Shown here: in pieces, positions 34,342-45,991 of the stretch | Position numbering within the stretch: the stretch's first letter is position 1 | How the letters are laid out: each line of letters starts with the position of its first letter | Origin: Bacillota bacterium | GTDB taxonomy: Bacteria; Bacillota; Limnochordia; Limnochordales; ZCTH02-B6 | Direction of reading: 5' to 3' | Assembly: GCA_017656145.1 (NCBI GenBank) | Contig: JACDOI010000004.1 | Coordinates: 17,850-81,849 of the forward strand | Length of the DNA: 64,000 bases | The notes under the pieces: model-generated | The model's input: the letters and a program-made list of their open reading frames with translations, nothing else | Told to the model about the DNA's origin: nothing | The model's database searches: none | Made by a program: the position numbers and the translations under genes

Positions 34342-37185
34342 ATGGGTCGAACCGAGAACCGCGCGACAGTGTCGGTAGCCAGCATCCGCGTTGAACATCT
34401 TCGCAAGGCTCTGGGTATCGGCACGGCCAGGCCAAGGCTTTCCTGGACCGTGGAGACATCCAGCGCTGGGTGGAAACAGGTGGCTTACGAAATTGAAAGC
34501 CGGGCGCCGACCGGCGAGCTGCGCGGTCGAACAGGGCGAATCGAGTCGGACCAGTCGGTGCTCGTCGTCTGGCCATTCGCACCGCTGTCGTCGCGCGAGA
34601 CTGTGGAGGTCCAAGTGCGGGTCTGGGGTAACGACGGGCGGCCCTCTTCCTGGAGCGCGCCTGCCGTGGTGGAGGCGGGGTTGCTTCACCCGCAGGACTG
34701 GACGGCACGGTTTATCACGCCCGATTGGGAGGAGGACCTCAGCAGGCCGGGGCCGTGTCCGCTTCTGCGCCGAGAGTTCGAGGTGGGCGGCGATGTCGTC
34801 CGAGCGCGGCTGTACGTGACGGCCCTGGGTGTGTACGAGGTCCAGATTAACGGCACGACCGTGGGGGATCAGGTTCTCGCCCCGGGGTGGACCAGTTATC
34901 GACACCGCCTTACCTATCAAACGTATGACGTGACGAGCCTGATAAGGAAAGGACGGAATGCCATAGGCGCTATCCTGGGCGACGGTTGGTTCCGGGGAAG
35001 GCTGGGTTTTGGCGGTGGCAGGCGCAACATCTACGGGGAGCGGCTGGCTCTGCTGGCCCAATTGGAGATCGACTACGCGAACGGCACACGTGACTGCATC
35101 GTAACGGACGAGACCTGGCGAGCGGCTACCGGTCCCATTCTGGCCAGCGATCTCTATGACGGGGAGACCTATGACGCGAGGTTGGAACGGCCTGGATGGT
35201 CGGAACCAGGCTACGATGACGGTGGCTGGTCGGGTGTTCGCCGGGTAGAATGGGATCTCGGTACGCTCGTCGCGCCCAGCGGACCACCGGCGCGGCGTAT
35301 CGAGCTCGTGTCTCCGGTCCGCATTTTCGAGTCGCCCTCGGGCAAAACCGTCGTTGACTTTGGCCAGAACCTCGTAGGGCGGGTCCGCATCACGGTTCAG
35401 GGGCCAGCTGGGCACGCCATCACCTTCCGGCACGCGGAGGTGCTAGACAAGGGAGAACTGGGGACACGGCCTCTTCGAACCGCGAAAGCAACCGACCGGT
35501 ACATACTTCGCGGTAAGGGGACGGAAATCTGGGAACCGCGCTTCACATACCATGGTTTCCGCTACGTGGAGGTCGACGGCTGGCCCGGCGAGTTGACCCC
35601 AGACAACCTGGCAGCGGTGGTCTGCCATTCGGACATGGAGCGCACCGGTTGGTTCGAGTGCTCCGATCCGCTTGTCAATCGCCTTCATGAAAACGTGGTC
35701 TGGAGCATGCGCGGGAACTTCCTTTCCATTCCCACCGACTGTCCCCAGCGTGATGAGCGCCTGGGATGGACGGGCGACATCCAGGTCTTTGCACCGGCTG
35801 CCACGTTCCTGTACGACTGCGCCGGCTTCCTGCAATCCTGGCTGGCCGACCTGGCTGCCGAGCAAGCCGAGGACGGGGTGGTGCCAGTTGTGGTTCCCAA
35901 CGTCCTCGAAGGGGGTGCCATTCCCGTAGCTGCGTGGGGCGATGCCGCGGTGATCGTGCCATGGATCCTCTACCAACACTACGGCGATACGGGTATCCTA
36001 GAGGCCCAATGGGAGAGCATGCGTTCATGGGTCGACTTCGTAGCAAGTGTCACAGGCGAGCGCCGGCTCTGGGACCAGGGTGTTCAGTTCGGAGACTGGC
36101 TCGACCCGAGTGCCCCGCCGGAACGGCCGGGAGATGGACGCACCGATCCCGGCGTCGTAGCCACGGCGTACTTCGCCCGCTCGGCAGAGCTGGTCGGCAA
36201 GATCGCCCAGATACTCGGCAAGACCGAGACCGCGCAACACTATCTGAATCTGTCCACGAGCATCCGTGCGGCCTTCAACCGGGAGTACGTCACGCCTGCA
36301 GGGCGGGTGATCAGCGATTCGCCCACTGCCTACGCGTTGGCACTGGAGTTTGCCCTCATCACCGACGAGGACCGGCGCCGGTACGCCGGAACGCGCCTGG
36401 TCGACCTGGTGCGCCAGAGCGGTTACCGCATCAGCACCGGTTTCGTGGGGACACCGCTCATTTGCGACGCCCTTTGCCATGTGGGAGCTCTTGAAGATGC
36501 ATACCGCCTTTTGATGCAAAAGGAGTGCCCCTCGTGGCTATACCCGGTGACCATGGGAGCCACCACAATCTGGGAGCGCTGGGACAGCATGCTCCCCGAC
36601 GGTTCCATCAACGCGGGAGAGATGACCTCGTTCAATCACTATGCCCTTGGCGCCGTGGCCGACTGGCTCCACCGCACGGTGGCTGGCTTGGCTCCTGCCG
36701 AGCCGGGATACCGTCGTCTTGAGATTCGGCCGTGCCCGGGAGGAGGGCTCACCCATGCGCGCGCCGTGCATCGCACGCCCTACGGTATGGCGGAGTGCTC
36801 CTGGAAGATCGATGGGGATCAAATTGAGGTCTCGGTTGTGGTTCCGCCCAATACGGTCGCCCGGGTTACCCTCCCCGGGAGTGACAGGGGTACCTTCGAG
36901 GTCGGTTCGGGTCAATATCGCTGGCAGTACCCCTACCGTGTTCCCCAAAGGGCCCGTCATTCGCTGAACCTCGATACTACCCTGGCGGAACTGGCCAACG
37001 CTCCAGAGGCTTGTGCTGTAGTCCTCGCCATCCTGCGCCGCCATGATCCGGTGACGGCGGGTTCCGTGGAGGAGCGCTTTAAAGACATGGCCCATATAAG
37101 CCTTCGCCAGGCGGTCGCCATAATGCCGCGCGCCGATCAGTTGCGCTCGAAACTCCAAGCCGCGCTCCAGAGCTTCGAGTCCTAG
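34342..37185 (+). CDS. Alpha-L-rhamnosidase (glycoside hydrolase family 78)
   Basis: 947 aa with LYVTALGVYEVQINGTTVGDQVLAPGWTSY and TDCPQRDERLGWTGD, characteristic of GH78. Confidence 0.9.
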   Translation: MGRTENRATVSVASIRVEHLRKALGIGTARPRLSWTVETSSAGWKQVAYEIESRAPTGELRGRTGRIESDQSVLVVWPFAPLSSRETVEVQVRVWGNDGRPSSWSAPAVVEAGLLHPQDWTARFITPDWEEDLSRPGPCPLLRREFEVGGDVVRARLYVTALGVYEVQINGTTVGDQVLAPGWTSYRHRLTYQTYDVTSLIRKGRNAIGAILGDGWFRGRLGFGGGRRNIYGERLALLAQLEIDYANGTRDCIVTDETWRAATGPILASDLYDGETYDARLERPGWSEPGYDDGGWSGVRRVEWDLGTLVAPSGPPARRIELVSPVRIFESPSGKTVVDFGQNLVGRVRITVQGPAGHAITFRHAEVLDKGELGTRPLRTAKATDRYILRGKGTEIWEPRFTYHGFRYVEVDGWPGELTPDNLAAVVCHSDMERTGWFECSDPLVNRLHENVVWSMRGNFLSIPTDCPQRDERLGWTGDIQVFAPAATFLYDCAGFLQSWLADLAAEQAEDGVVPVVVPNVLEGGAIPVAAWGDAAVIVPWILYQHYGDTGILEAQWESMRSWVDFVASVTGERRLWDQGVQFGDWLDPSAPPERPGDGRTDPGVVATAYFARSAELVGKIAQILGKTETAQHYLNLSTSIRAAFNREYVTPAGRVISDSPTAYALALEFALITDEDRRRYAGTRLVDLVRQSGYRISTGFVGTPLICDALCHVGALEDAYRLLMQKECPSWLYPVTMGATTIWERWDSMLPDGSINAGEMTSFNHYALGAVADWLHRTVAGLAPAEPGYRRLEIRPCPGGGLTHARAVHRTPYGMAECSWKIDGDQIEVSVVVPPNTVARVTLPGSDRGTFEVGSGQYRWQYPYRVPQRARHSLNLDTTLAELANAPEACAVVLAILRRHDPVTAGSVEERFKDMAHISLRQAVAIMPRADQLRSKLQAALQSFES

Positions 37186-37396
37186 GCGCGATGGAGGAAG
37201 CGTTACCCGGGTTCCCGCCGCTGGGGCATCGTGGCCGCAGCGGCAGCGGGCAAGCGCCCGAGGGCCGCCCGGGGCAGCTTTTTTGCACCGGTGGGGAAGC
37301 AAGAGGATGTTCGAGGAAATCGCCGAACGATGCTAGAAGCCAACGGTAGAGCAAGCTTGTGGTGAAGGCGCACAGCAAGCGGCGGCCGTCACTCCG

Positions 37397-38017
37397 ATGT
37401 ATGGTGACGGCCGGCCCGAGCGGGTGGACCCGGGCAACAAACGGTACACGACCAAAAATACGAACAAAGTGGTCGGCGCGTCGGATCCGGCGTCGCAAGA
37501 GGTGGCCATCGCCTTTTACAAGCAGACCATCCGGCAAGTCGTTCCCGTTTCGTCGGCCGCAGCCGCGGAGCTCGTGAAAGTATTCGAAAACACGTTCGGG
37601 GCCGTGAACATTGCTCTCGTCAATGAGCTGGCCATGCTGTGCGATCGGATGGGGCTCAACGTCTGGGAGGTCTTGGACGCGGCCTTTACCAAGCCATTTG
37701 GGATCCTCCCCTTCTACCCGGGCCCGGGCGTTGGGGGCCATTGTATTCCTGTAGACCCGCACTATCTGGAGTGGAAGGCGAAAGAAGTCAACTTCAACAC
37801 TCGCTTCATCGCATTGGCCGGTGAGATCAACCGCAAAATGCCTGAGTTCGTACGGGAGAAGGCGTTGCGGGTTCTTAATCGGCTGGGGGTCGCGCCTTCA
37901 AAGGCTCGGATTCTTTTCCTGGGCGTTGCCTATAAACGCGATCTGGGAGATTGCCGAGAATCGCCCGCGATTGAGATCATCCACCTCTGCGTCTGCGTTG
38001 AGGAGAGCAGTCTTTGA
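37397..38017 (+). pseudogene. Nucleotide-sugar dehydrogenase fragment (UDP-glucose/GDP-mannose dehydrogenase family), lacking N-terminal NAD domain and C-terminal domain
   Basis: PERVDPGN...KVVGA, AELVKVFENTFGAVNIALVNELAMLCDRMG and PGPGVGGHCIPVDP are central-domain motifs only. The ORF ends prematurely. Confidence 0.7.
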
Positions 38018-38513
38018 CTTGCCCCGGATGCGGTCACTAGTTCATCGTGGAAACGTTGGGGGCAGGACTGTAGGGGCCGACCGAGAAGCTATTGCTCGAG
38101 TCTCTCTAGTGGGCGGCGCCGTTTCAACCCACAGGCTTGAGATGTATATTTGCAGACAAAATTTGGTTTGGTGTATCTGGGGGTGACGGCGGCCGTCACC
38201 TTCCTCCGCCGGACCCATGGGGAAGCTCTAGCCCAGGTACGTAGCGTTTATGTCACTCGTGTGACTTGTGCTAACGCGTGCGTCATCTCTGGCCCGCTAT
38301 GCAAGGTAAGAGGCGGTTTCGCACCGCCAGCGACACCGTTGGTGAGCAGCGTTAAGGCGCCTTGCTTCCGGTGACGGCGACAGCGGGGGAGGGACACGTG
38401 CGCGGTCTGCAAGCCATGTGGCCTAGAGGCGACCGGGACGGCTGTCTCACCGCATTCTGGGAACCTTCAGAGCACAGTTGTGAGTTGCTAGTTGAGAGCG
38501 GAGAATCGTTTGT

Positions 38514-40340
38514 ATGTGGAAACTTGCGCGTGCGTTTTGGAACACGTTAACCCGCCGAGAACGAGCAAAGGTCAGTGCGCTTGCCGCAGCGGTTGTCGTC
38601 ATGGCTGTCCTTGAGGTCGTGAATGTTAGTGCGATCATGCCCTTCTTGACCGTCGTCAGCAACCCGGAAACGATTCATGAGAATGCCTTACTCTCGTGGT
38701 TCTACGACCGGCTTGGAGTAGAGAGCGAGAACCGCTTCCTTGTAATCATGGGGCTCGCTGTGTTCCTCTTCATGTTGTTAAGCAATGGTTGGATGGGGCT
38801 GACAAGTTGGATGGAGGCCCGGTTTGTCTGGTCCTGGAACCACACGCTTTCCGTGCGACTGCTGCGGAAATATCTCTATCGGCCCTACACGTTCTTCCTT
38901 ACCCGAAACACGGCCGATCTAAGCAAAAACATACTCTCCGAGGTCCAGCAAATCGCATCCCAACTTATGGTGCCGGCCATCCAGGGGGTAGGCCGCGCGT
39001 TCGTCGCCATGAGCTTGATCATCGCCATGTTTCTGGTCGCCCCTGCCATGGCGCTCATGATCACGGCCTTGGTCGGAGGCATGTACGGCACGGTTTACCA
39101 GCTGACCCGCCGAAGCCTGAGCCGCATTGGAGCCGATCGAACTGCCGCGAACCAGGAGCGATTCACCATTGCCTCTGAGGCTCTGGGCGGCATTAAAGAC
39201 GTCAAACTGTTGGGCCAAGAGCAGGCATTCATGAGCCGGTTCGAGAGATCCTCCGCCCGCTTCTCCGTGCATCAGGCTAGAAGCCAGATCATCAGCCAGG
39301 TGCCCAAGTATGCCATTGAACCTATCGCCTTTGGAAGCGTCGTCCTGATCGTCGTCTACATGATTTTGGTTCGAGGGGACATCTCCAACGTGATTCCCAT
39401 GCTTGGCTTTTATGCCTTTGCAGGATACCGAGTGATGCCGGCGGCGCAGCAGGCGTTCCGAGCTGTCACGCAGATCCGATTCTACGGACCTGCGCTTGAG
39501 ATGCTGTTGCGGGAGATGACGGAGGAGCCGGAAACGGAAACCACAAGTGATTCGTTGAAGCGGCCTGCGCCGGCGTCGACCGTGTCGAGCCTGTCCCGCT
39601 TAGAAAAGGCTTTGGAGCTCCGGGATGTGACGTTCCGATATCCTACTTCTGATACCGAAGCCGTGCGTGACGTGAGTCTCGTCATTCCCGCCCGGTCAAC
39701 TATAGGCTTGGTGGGGGCAACCGGGTCGGGCAAGACAACACTCGTAGATTTGCTCCTTGGCCTGTTGCGCCCGCAGTCCGGGGAGATACTGGTGGACGGC
39801 ATTCCGATTACCGATGAGAACGTGCGTGAATGGCAGAAGCAGCTCGGCTATGTTCCGCAGGACATCTTCCTCACCGATGCTTCCATTGCGGAAAACATTG
39901 CGTTCGGCACACCTCGCGAAAAGATCGACATGGATAGGGTCCGAGAGGCGGCCCAGATTGCCATGATCGATGAGTTCATTTCCCGGGAGCTTCCTGATGG
40001 GTACGAGACGATTGTCGGGGAACGCGGGATACGTTTGAGCGGTGGACAGCGCCAGCGCATCGGCATTGCCCGGGCTCTGTATCGAAATCCTTCTGTTCTC
40101 GTCTTTGATGAAGCCACGAGCGCCCTGGACAATCGAACCGAGGAAGCGGTCATGCAGGCGATTCGAGGGTTGCTTGGGCAAAGAACGACCATCATGGTGG
40201 CCCATCGGCTTACGACTCTTAGGGATTGCGATGCTATCTATATGCTTGAGCGTGGACGCGTCGCGGCTAGTGGAACCTACGAGGAGTTACTGCAGGGAAC
40301 AGGCGGGTTTGCAGAACTGACGCGCGGGTCAGTTAGCTAA
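38514..40340 (+). CDS. Fused permease/ATPase ABC exporter (MsbA/PglK-like)
   Basis: Six N-terminal TM segments precede an NBD with GATGSGKTT, LSGGQRQRIGIARAL and VLVFDEATSALD. Confidence 0.85.
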   Translation: MWKLARAFWNTLTRRERAKVSALAAAVVVMAVLEVVNVSAIMPFLTVVSNPETIHENALLSWFYDRLGVESENRFLVIMGLAVFLFMLLSNGWMGLTSWMEARFVWSWNHTLSVRLLRKYLYRPYTFFLTRNTADLSKNILSEVQQIASQLMVPAIQGVGRAFVAMSLIIAMFLVAPAMALMITALVGGMYGTVYQLTRRSLSRIGADRTAANQERFTIASEALGGIKDVKLLGQEQAFMSRFERSSARFSVHQARSQIISQVPKYAIEPIAFGSVVLIVVYMILVRGDISNVIPMLGFYAFAGYRVMPAAQQAFRAVTQIRFYGPALEMLLREMTEEPETETTSDSLKRPAPASTVSSLSRLEKALELRDVTFRYPTSDTEAVRDVSLVIPARSTIGLVGATGSGKTTLVDLLLGLLRPQSGEILVDGIPITDENVREWQKQLGYVPQDIFLTDASIAENIAFGTPREKIDMDRVREAAQIAMIDEFISRELPDGYETIVGERGIRLSGGQRQRIGIARALYRNPSVLVFDEATSALDNRTEEAVMQAIRGLLGQRTTIMVAHRLTTLRDCDAIYMLERGRVAASGTYEELLQGTGGFAELTRGSVS

Positions 40341-40592
40341 CCTCCTGCTGCTGTAAAATGTGATCGAACGTCTTCGGCATCAGGACTCGACGGTCCGAGT
40401 TTTCCTGGACAAACTTAGTGACAAAAGGTGGACTTGCCGGAACCATCGGCCCCGCGCGCTCCTATTCCTTGCTTCAGTAAGGCTTGTTTCGCCGTTAAGT
40501 TGTCTACCGAGCCATGTTCCAAATTACTCCCTCGGGCAGTGATTTTGTACGGGCGATTCTATGATTCATAGCTCAAAATCGGCAGATGCGAG

Positions 40593-41648
40593 GTGTTTAT
40601 AGTGCGAGTGCTAGCGTGGCCGGCTTTCAAAAATCGGCATGCAAATCCATATAATTGGCTTTTGTATTCGAATTTACGAGAACTGAGTGTTGAAATCGAG
40701 GAGTTTTCGCTGCGCCGCATGTGGCGCGTATTATCCTCTGAAATCGATATTTGGCACGTCCACTGGCCAGAGGGTATTATGCAATATCCTAAGATGGTCA
40801 GTATAGCGGTCGAGTTATGTCTTCGTTTCGTGACTCTACTGGCTCGTCTTCGCGGAACAAAGATTGTCTGGACTGCCCATAACTTGATGAGCCACGATCA
40901 ACTATATCCGCGTAGGGAGCAACGTTTCATGAGCTGGTTTGTCACTTGCCTTGATGGAGTAATTAGTCTGACGAAGGTCGGCCTACAGCTGGTAGGGGAT
41001 CGCTATCCCGGTATTCAGAAAAAACCATCACGCGTCATTTGCCACGGACATTATAGAGACATCTATAGTCAAAGCATCAGTCGCGAGGCCGCTAGAAAAA
41101 TCCTTGGAATAGATGCAAATTCAGCAGTCATCTTGTTCTTTGGTCAAATAAGGCCTTACAAGGGTGTGGTGGGTTTGGTGGAAGCGTTTAGGGAGATTCA
41201 AATGCCTGGCGTAGAACTGGTTATTGCCGGCCGGATTAAGAATGCCGAACTGGCGAAGGAGATCGAAAGCGCGTCTGCCGAAGATCCCCGCGTTCGTGTC
41301 TATGATCAGTTTGTCCCTGAAACTAAAGTAAGTCAGTTCTTTAGCGCTGCGGATTTAGTTGTATTGCCCTATACTGAGATTCTGAACTCGGGTTCGGCAA
41401 TTCTCGCTCTGTCTCTGGATCGCCCAGTCTTAGTGCCGGACCTGGGTAGTATGCGGGAGCTCCGAAGTTTGGTCGGCGATCAATGGATCCGGACGTTCAA
41501 TGGGAAGCTTACAGCCGGAGAGTTGCTGGATGCCATATCGTGGGCCACTTCCAATGCCGAGCGCAATCAGAAGCCCGTATTAACTGAATGGAAGGATATT
41601 GCCCGGGAGACAAAGGAGTTCTTTGAGATGATCCTAGCAAACGGCTGA
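40593..41648 (+). CDS. Glycosyltransferase, GT4-like (GT-B fold)
   Basis: The C-terminal half matches Glycos_transf_1 (FFGQIRPYKGV...LVIAGR...ADLVVLPY..ILNSGSAILALS). The gene is low-GC. Confidence 0.7.
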   Translation: MFIVRVLAWPAFKNRHANPYNWLLYSNLRELSVEIEEFSLRRMWRVLSSEIDIWHVHWPEGIMQYPKMVSIAVELCLRFVTLLARLRGTKIVWTAHNLMSHDQLYPRREQRFMSWFVTCLDGVISLTKVGLQLVGDRYPGIQKKPSRVICHGHYRDIYSQSISREAARKILGIDANSAVILFFGQIRPYKGVVGLVEAFREIQMPGVELVIAGRIKNAELAKEIESASAEDPRVRVYDQFVPETKVSQFFSAADLVVLPYTEILNSGSAILALSLDRPVLVPDLGSMRELRSLVGDQWIRTFNGKLTAGELLDAISWATSNAERNQKPVLTEWKDIARETKEFFEMILANG

Positions 41649-41699
41649 ATCATTGCGCACCTAGAGTGTGGTTTAAGATGTTTTAGAACATCGCAAATG

Positions 41700-42094
41700 A
41701 CCGGGTGGAACTTAGTTCGATTTTTAAGGACGCGGCTGAGCTGCAGCTGGACCTCCTGCTGTGCCTCCAGAAGCTACTAGGCCAGAATCGCGTCTTGAGT
41801 CGAGTGAAAGCGATAGGTGGCCTTGATGCCGGTCATCCTCAATGTTGGAGCAATGTTGGTCTTGTTCGTCGCACTCGGGCCCAGGCAAATCACGCTCTCC
41901 TTCGCCGCCACGAAGCGCGCCTTAGCTAGCCGGAGTACCTTCACTTTGGGTGGCCGTGGGATGTTCTCGAGGTCCCACTTATTCTTGCGAAAAGTTGGCG
42001 GAGGAAACGTCATCGACACGAGATTTCCCTCGTCACTGAAAACGATAAAGTAGGAGCTCCTTGTCACGTCGGCGGAGTAGTATGGAATCCGCAA
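41700..42094 (-). mobile_element. IS21-family IstB helper ATPase remnant (degenerate, truncated)
   Basis: WDLENIPRPPKVKVLRLAKARFVAAKESVICLGPSATNKTNIAPTL aligns to the IstB pattern FDF..QP....I.EL..L.FI....NV.LLGPPGTGKTHLA.AL. The Walker A motif is destroyed. Confidence 0.55.
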
Positions 42095-42754
42095 GCATGG
42101 CAGCTACCTACGGAAGCTGGTGGATCTACCGCTCGATGGTCGGAACGTAACCATCCATCTTTGTGTTTGGAAGGTCTGATGTGTAAACCCCGGCGCCCCA
42201 AGCAGGTCTTTGTAGAGCGATTCCCCCTAACTGGTGCGTCCGTACGCTTAGCGCACGGGGTGCATCGATAGATCCTGCTTACTCGCATCGGAGTCTTTCT
42301 ACATGGCGAAGGTGGTGCTCGGATTGCTCGCAACCTTCACGTTCCCGTAAGCCCGGATACCATCCTAGGCTTACGGTATTGTATGGAGCTCACCACGGTC
42401 TTGAACCTCCGGGTCGTTGGTATCGACCAAATGGGCCTTGCTCAGGGGACTCCGGTAGGGAGCGCTGGTGTGCGGCCAGGAAAAGGGGGGGATCCATCGA
42501 CCTGTTGCCGCAGTCAAGGCTCGACCGCGTGGCGAGATGGCTGCAAGCCTACCCCCGCTATTCGGGTCGGAAGCCGGGACTGGCCTAGGGTCAGATATCC
42601 ATACCCTCTATAAGAAGGCTAAGTCCATTCGGACGTTGGCCAGCCAGTTGAGCTTTGACCGTAAGCGTCACACTCCACGCACTCACACACCTTGGCGCCC
42701 AATCGCTTGTATCGGATAATCGCCTCAAAATCAAAACAGAGGCGGTGGAACCGT

Positions 42755-43424
42755 GACGCGGACCGAGTTGAGGACCATGTGGCGGCAGCGGACTGAGACG
42801 TTCTACAAAAGCGGTACGAGTGTCCGGGCACGGTAAAAGGTAGAGGGGCTCATGGAGCACCAGGCGCGATACTGGCTACGGTGCTACTCTGCCGCACGAC
42901 AGGTGTCCGACGAGTAGGTGAAGGGGTGGGTGGCGGTCGCGGTGGGGCCAGACCATCCCGCGTTCGAGGATGCCCTGGTGTGCGCATCGGCGAAGCGTCG
43001 ATCGAGGTGCGTCACGGGCTTAACGCCCAGCTTCTGGCTCGTGTGGTGAAGGCGCTGAGCGCCGCATGCTAAGCATGGATCGTGTGGAGTACATTCAGGC
43101 GGTGCGCTACTGCCTTAACCAGTGAGGGAATCTGACGGTGTTTCTAAAAGACACCGAAACCGAGCCGAGTGCTCCATCAATCCATCTGTCACCGGGAGAA
43201 AGAACTGGCTGTTTACCAACATGCCGCGAAGCGCTCGCTCCAGTGCCGTGATCTACAGCATCATCGAGACAGCCAAGGAGAACGGGCTGAATCTTTTCGC
43301 ATACCTTAAATATCTTTTCGAGCGACCCCCGAACGCCGGGCTTGACGATGCTACACTCGAAGCGGTTACGCCTTGGTCGGACGAGCTTCCGGATGCGTGT
43401 CGGCTGCGGCCGACGAAGGCTTAG
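42755..43424 (+). mobile_element. IS66-family remnants (accessory TnpA-like piece plus transposase C-terminal piece; middle deleted)
   Basis: IEVRHGLNAQLLARVVKALSAAC looks like an IS66 Orf1-type C-terminus. GRKNWLFTNMPRSARSSAVIYSIIETAKENGLNLFAYLKYLFERPP is a classic IS66 transposase C-terminus. Confidence 0.65.
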
Positions 43425-43613
43425 CGTCGTCCGACGACAACAGCATCCCGAGACACCCTTGTGCCGTGAAGGGGTGCGAGGTTTGACGCCCGCTCGGGTG
43501 CGAAATGCTGGTATGACCGGCGTTGGTCTTCTGTGTTTTGGAAGATCGTCGCTTCTGGCAGCGCATGTAAGTGAAGAGGGGCGAGATGATCGGCGAACTA
43601 CCCCAAAGCAAGC

Positions 43614-43920
43614 ATGTATATGACTGCCAAGAACGGAAGACGGTCGGTGTCTTACGTTATAGACAGCGTGCTCGCACAAGCCCCTGAAAATTGGGAACTC
43701 GGGGTTGTGGATGACGGCTCATCGGACGGAACGTCGCACAATATAGAACACTAGGCCCGAGGCCCGAGGATAAAAGTAATATTGACCCGGGGTGTTGGAC
43801 GAGGTCACACACGGAACCTGGCTCTGATGAACTGTCGCTCGGACTCTGTGGCTAGTATTGATGCAGCTGATCTGGCGCATCCGCAAAGGCTCGAGAACCA
43901 GTACACCTGTGCCAGTCGAT
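43614..43920 (+). pseudogene. GT2 glycosyltransferase N-terminal fragment with in-frame TAG (43752-43754)
   Basis: VLAQAPENWELGVVDDGSSDGT...*...RIKVILTRGVGRGHTRNLAL...IDAADLAHPQRLE parallels the intact GT2 at 45992 (IIVDDGSTDNT...RIRVIQTDGVGRGKALNIAL...VDADDVAHPKRLE). Confidence 0.65.
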
Positions 43921-44457
43921 GAATGAGCCGGGCTGTAGACTATGGATTCACCTATCATCATAAATAATGCGATTCCAACCTGGACACCTGTGGCGTAAGA
44001 GTCGATTGACATCCATGAGAGCACCAGCACGTTGGATTTCGCAATCAAGAAAATCACTAAATAGCCTTCAAAAAACCAAATCATATCATTGGCACCGGAG
44101 GGTACGATATTGGCCCTAGGGGGAATGCGATTATGACATATGGGCTCACCTTATAGAGTACGGAGTGCGTATTGCCGAACTTGCGACTTCTCTGAGTGCG
44201 AAACACAGGCATCAAAACCAATTGTTTAAGGCGCGGCAACACTTGCGTTATGCCTTGGACAGTGTTCGAATCCAACTTTGAGCCAATAGTATCCCGAGTG
44301 ATGGCGTGAGAGGATGGAGTTACGCCCTCGCGAGACTGGTTTCGGCAATGATACCCAGGAGAATTTGAGTCCGGTGTCAGCGGATCGTCCGTAAGGCCGG
44401 AACCACGGAATGAATCCGAGGTTTCTAGGATGACTGGAGGTTTTCGCCATCAGAGGA

Positions 44458-45567
44458 ATGGAGAGACATCAGCCCAGAATGTCGAGTAGTCCCGGTCGCC
44501 ATGGAGCGTACGTATTACTCGTTATGACACTGGTCATGGTATTGGGTCTGCTCGCACTTAAAATAGGATATAGGGATCGTGGCATAGGGACCGATTACTT
44601 GGGGTATTACAAATACTACGAGCAAGCTCGGAACGGTAATTTGGTGGCGGATGATTCAGAACCAGGATATCAAGCCTTAATATTTCTTGGATCATTGTTG
44701 CGGATTCCTCCAGAATTGTTCTTTGCAACTGTTGCATTCCTGCAAATGTGGCTTACGCTTTGGGCCATACGTGTGATAATGACATCTGCATTTGGCAAAG
44801 GCTCTCGCGCAGATACCCTCACGCTTATATCGGCCGCGTTCTTGCTGATCTGGCCATTTTACTGGAATTCCATTCTCAATGTGTTACGCCAGGGTTTGGC
44901 CATCCCTCTGGTTCTTGTTGGATACACGAGGCTTCAGGAGCGTCGATTCGCGAAGGGCCTTGTCGCGCTAGCGGCCGCATCGAGTTTTCACTGGAGTTCA
45001 GTGGCTTTCGCTGCCGTTTCTCTTATCAGCATCGGATTCCACAGACTAACAATTTGGCTTACAATGGGATCCGTGGCTATATACATGATTCAGATCTCGG
45101 GAAATATTTTGCAGCAAATTGAAACTAGTATAGGGGTTCCGCTTTACAGTATGGTAATGGATTACGGCGCAGGGGCAACTTACCGCTCGGGTTATCGCTA
45201 TGATTTCCTGGCGTTTAGCATGATACCTCTAATTCTGTCGATGATGACTGGTATTGGTCACTTCGGGCGACCTTACAAACAACGCCTCCAACAGCTATAC
45301 TCTACGCTCTTATTGCCATTTCTATGGTTTGGGTTCGGGAACTACTCAGATCGGCTATTGTTACCAGCCTGGATTGCGATGCCGGTTGTATTGGTTGGAC
45401 TGACCCTAAGCAAGGTTAAGTTAGGATTAGGTGCGCGGCTTGTGCTTTGTGCTGCTGCCTTGTTTGTTGGAGTCGCATTACTGACATTAGCGATGTTTCC
45501 TGAAAATATATTCGTGATACAGGGTATTGTTCGCGTGGCAGCGAAAACCGCGAGTCAGTGGCCGTAA
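44458..45567 (+). CDS. EpsG-family polysaccharide polymerase-like membrane protein
   Basis: 369 aa and polytopic. The N-terminal GTDYLGYYKYYE...EPGYQALIFL pattern is typical of the EpsG family. Confidence 0.65.
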   Translation: MERHQPRMSSSPGRHGAYVLLVMTLVMVLGLLALKIGYRDRGIGTDYLGYYKYYEQARNGNLVADDSEPGYQALIFLGSLLRIPPELFFATVAFLQMWLTLWAIRVIMTSAFGKGSRADTLTLISAAFLLIWPFYWNSILNVLRQGLAIPLVLVGYTRLQERRFAKGLVALAAASSFHWSSVAFAAVSLISIGFHRLTIWLTMGSVAIYMIQISGNILQQIETSIGVPLYSMVMDYGAGATYRSGYRYDFLAFSMIPLILSMMTGIGHFGRPYKQRLQQLYSTLLLPFLWFGFGNYSDRLLLPAWIAMPVVLVGLTLSKVKLGLGARLVLCAAALFVGVALLTLAMFPENIFVIQGIVRVAAKTASQWP

Positions 45568-45991
45568 TGACGACGTACAGCGAACAATTCAGGACAAGCA
45601 GCGTTCTAGTTGAGGGGCGGAGTTTGCACCAGTTGCGCTCTTCTAATTCTGTGCGAGCTAAGGCCTTTCCTCGTCTTGCGAGCGGTAATCAATGTCTTCC
45701 TGTGATTGGGCCTGGCGCAGAAGACGCTCCTACGGGACGCCGGAGTGCGACCTCGAGACGGGCCGGCCCGTTGCTTTGCTACTGGGCGCAAGGGCCGAAT
45801 TCGTGGTGAGATGGTCTGTGACCCCACTTCATTAGCTGAGCAGGGGATGCAGGCCGGAGAAGAATCTTGAACGGGCTCCCCGAAGGCAATTTCGGTGCAG
45901 AGCGACAGTTGGTCAGCAAAACCGGAATATCGGCAGTATTATAATTGTGTAGTCGGGTTTTTGGTGACATTACATTAGGAGTTGCGATATA

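Noticed and set aside
34138-35433. 431-aa minus-strand ORF
   Set aside because: It lies antisense to the GH78 rhamnosidase, which has unmistakable family motifs.
37186-37300. Intrinsic terminator after the rhamnosidase gene (T-run at ~37280)
   Set aside because: I could not pair a convincing GC stem immediately upstream of the tttttt run.
38018-38513. ~500-bp non-coding stretch with several perfect short hairpins (ggtgacgg-cgg-ccgtcacc at ~38183, gtcac-tcgt-gtgac, ggcgg-tttcgca-ccgcc); considered as a group II intron fragment or ncRNA
   Set aside because: There is no GUGYG 5' end with a matching domain V consensus and no recognisable RNA family. It is probably debris left by truncation of the nucleotide-sugar dehydrogenase gene.
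43752-43768. ggcccga x2 tandem duplication as the cause of the GT2 fragment's inactivation
   Set aside because: The reading frame is continuous across it, and the spacing matches the intact paralog. The lesion is the in-frame TAG plus 5' and 3' truncation, not the 7-bp repeat.
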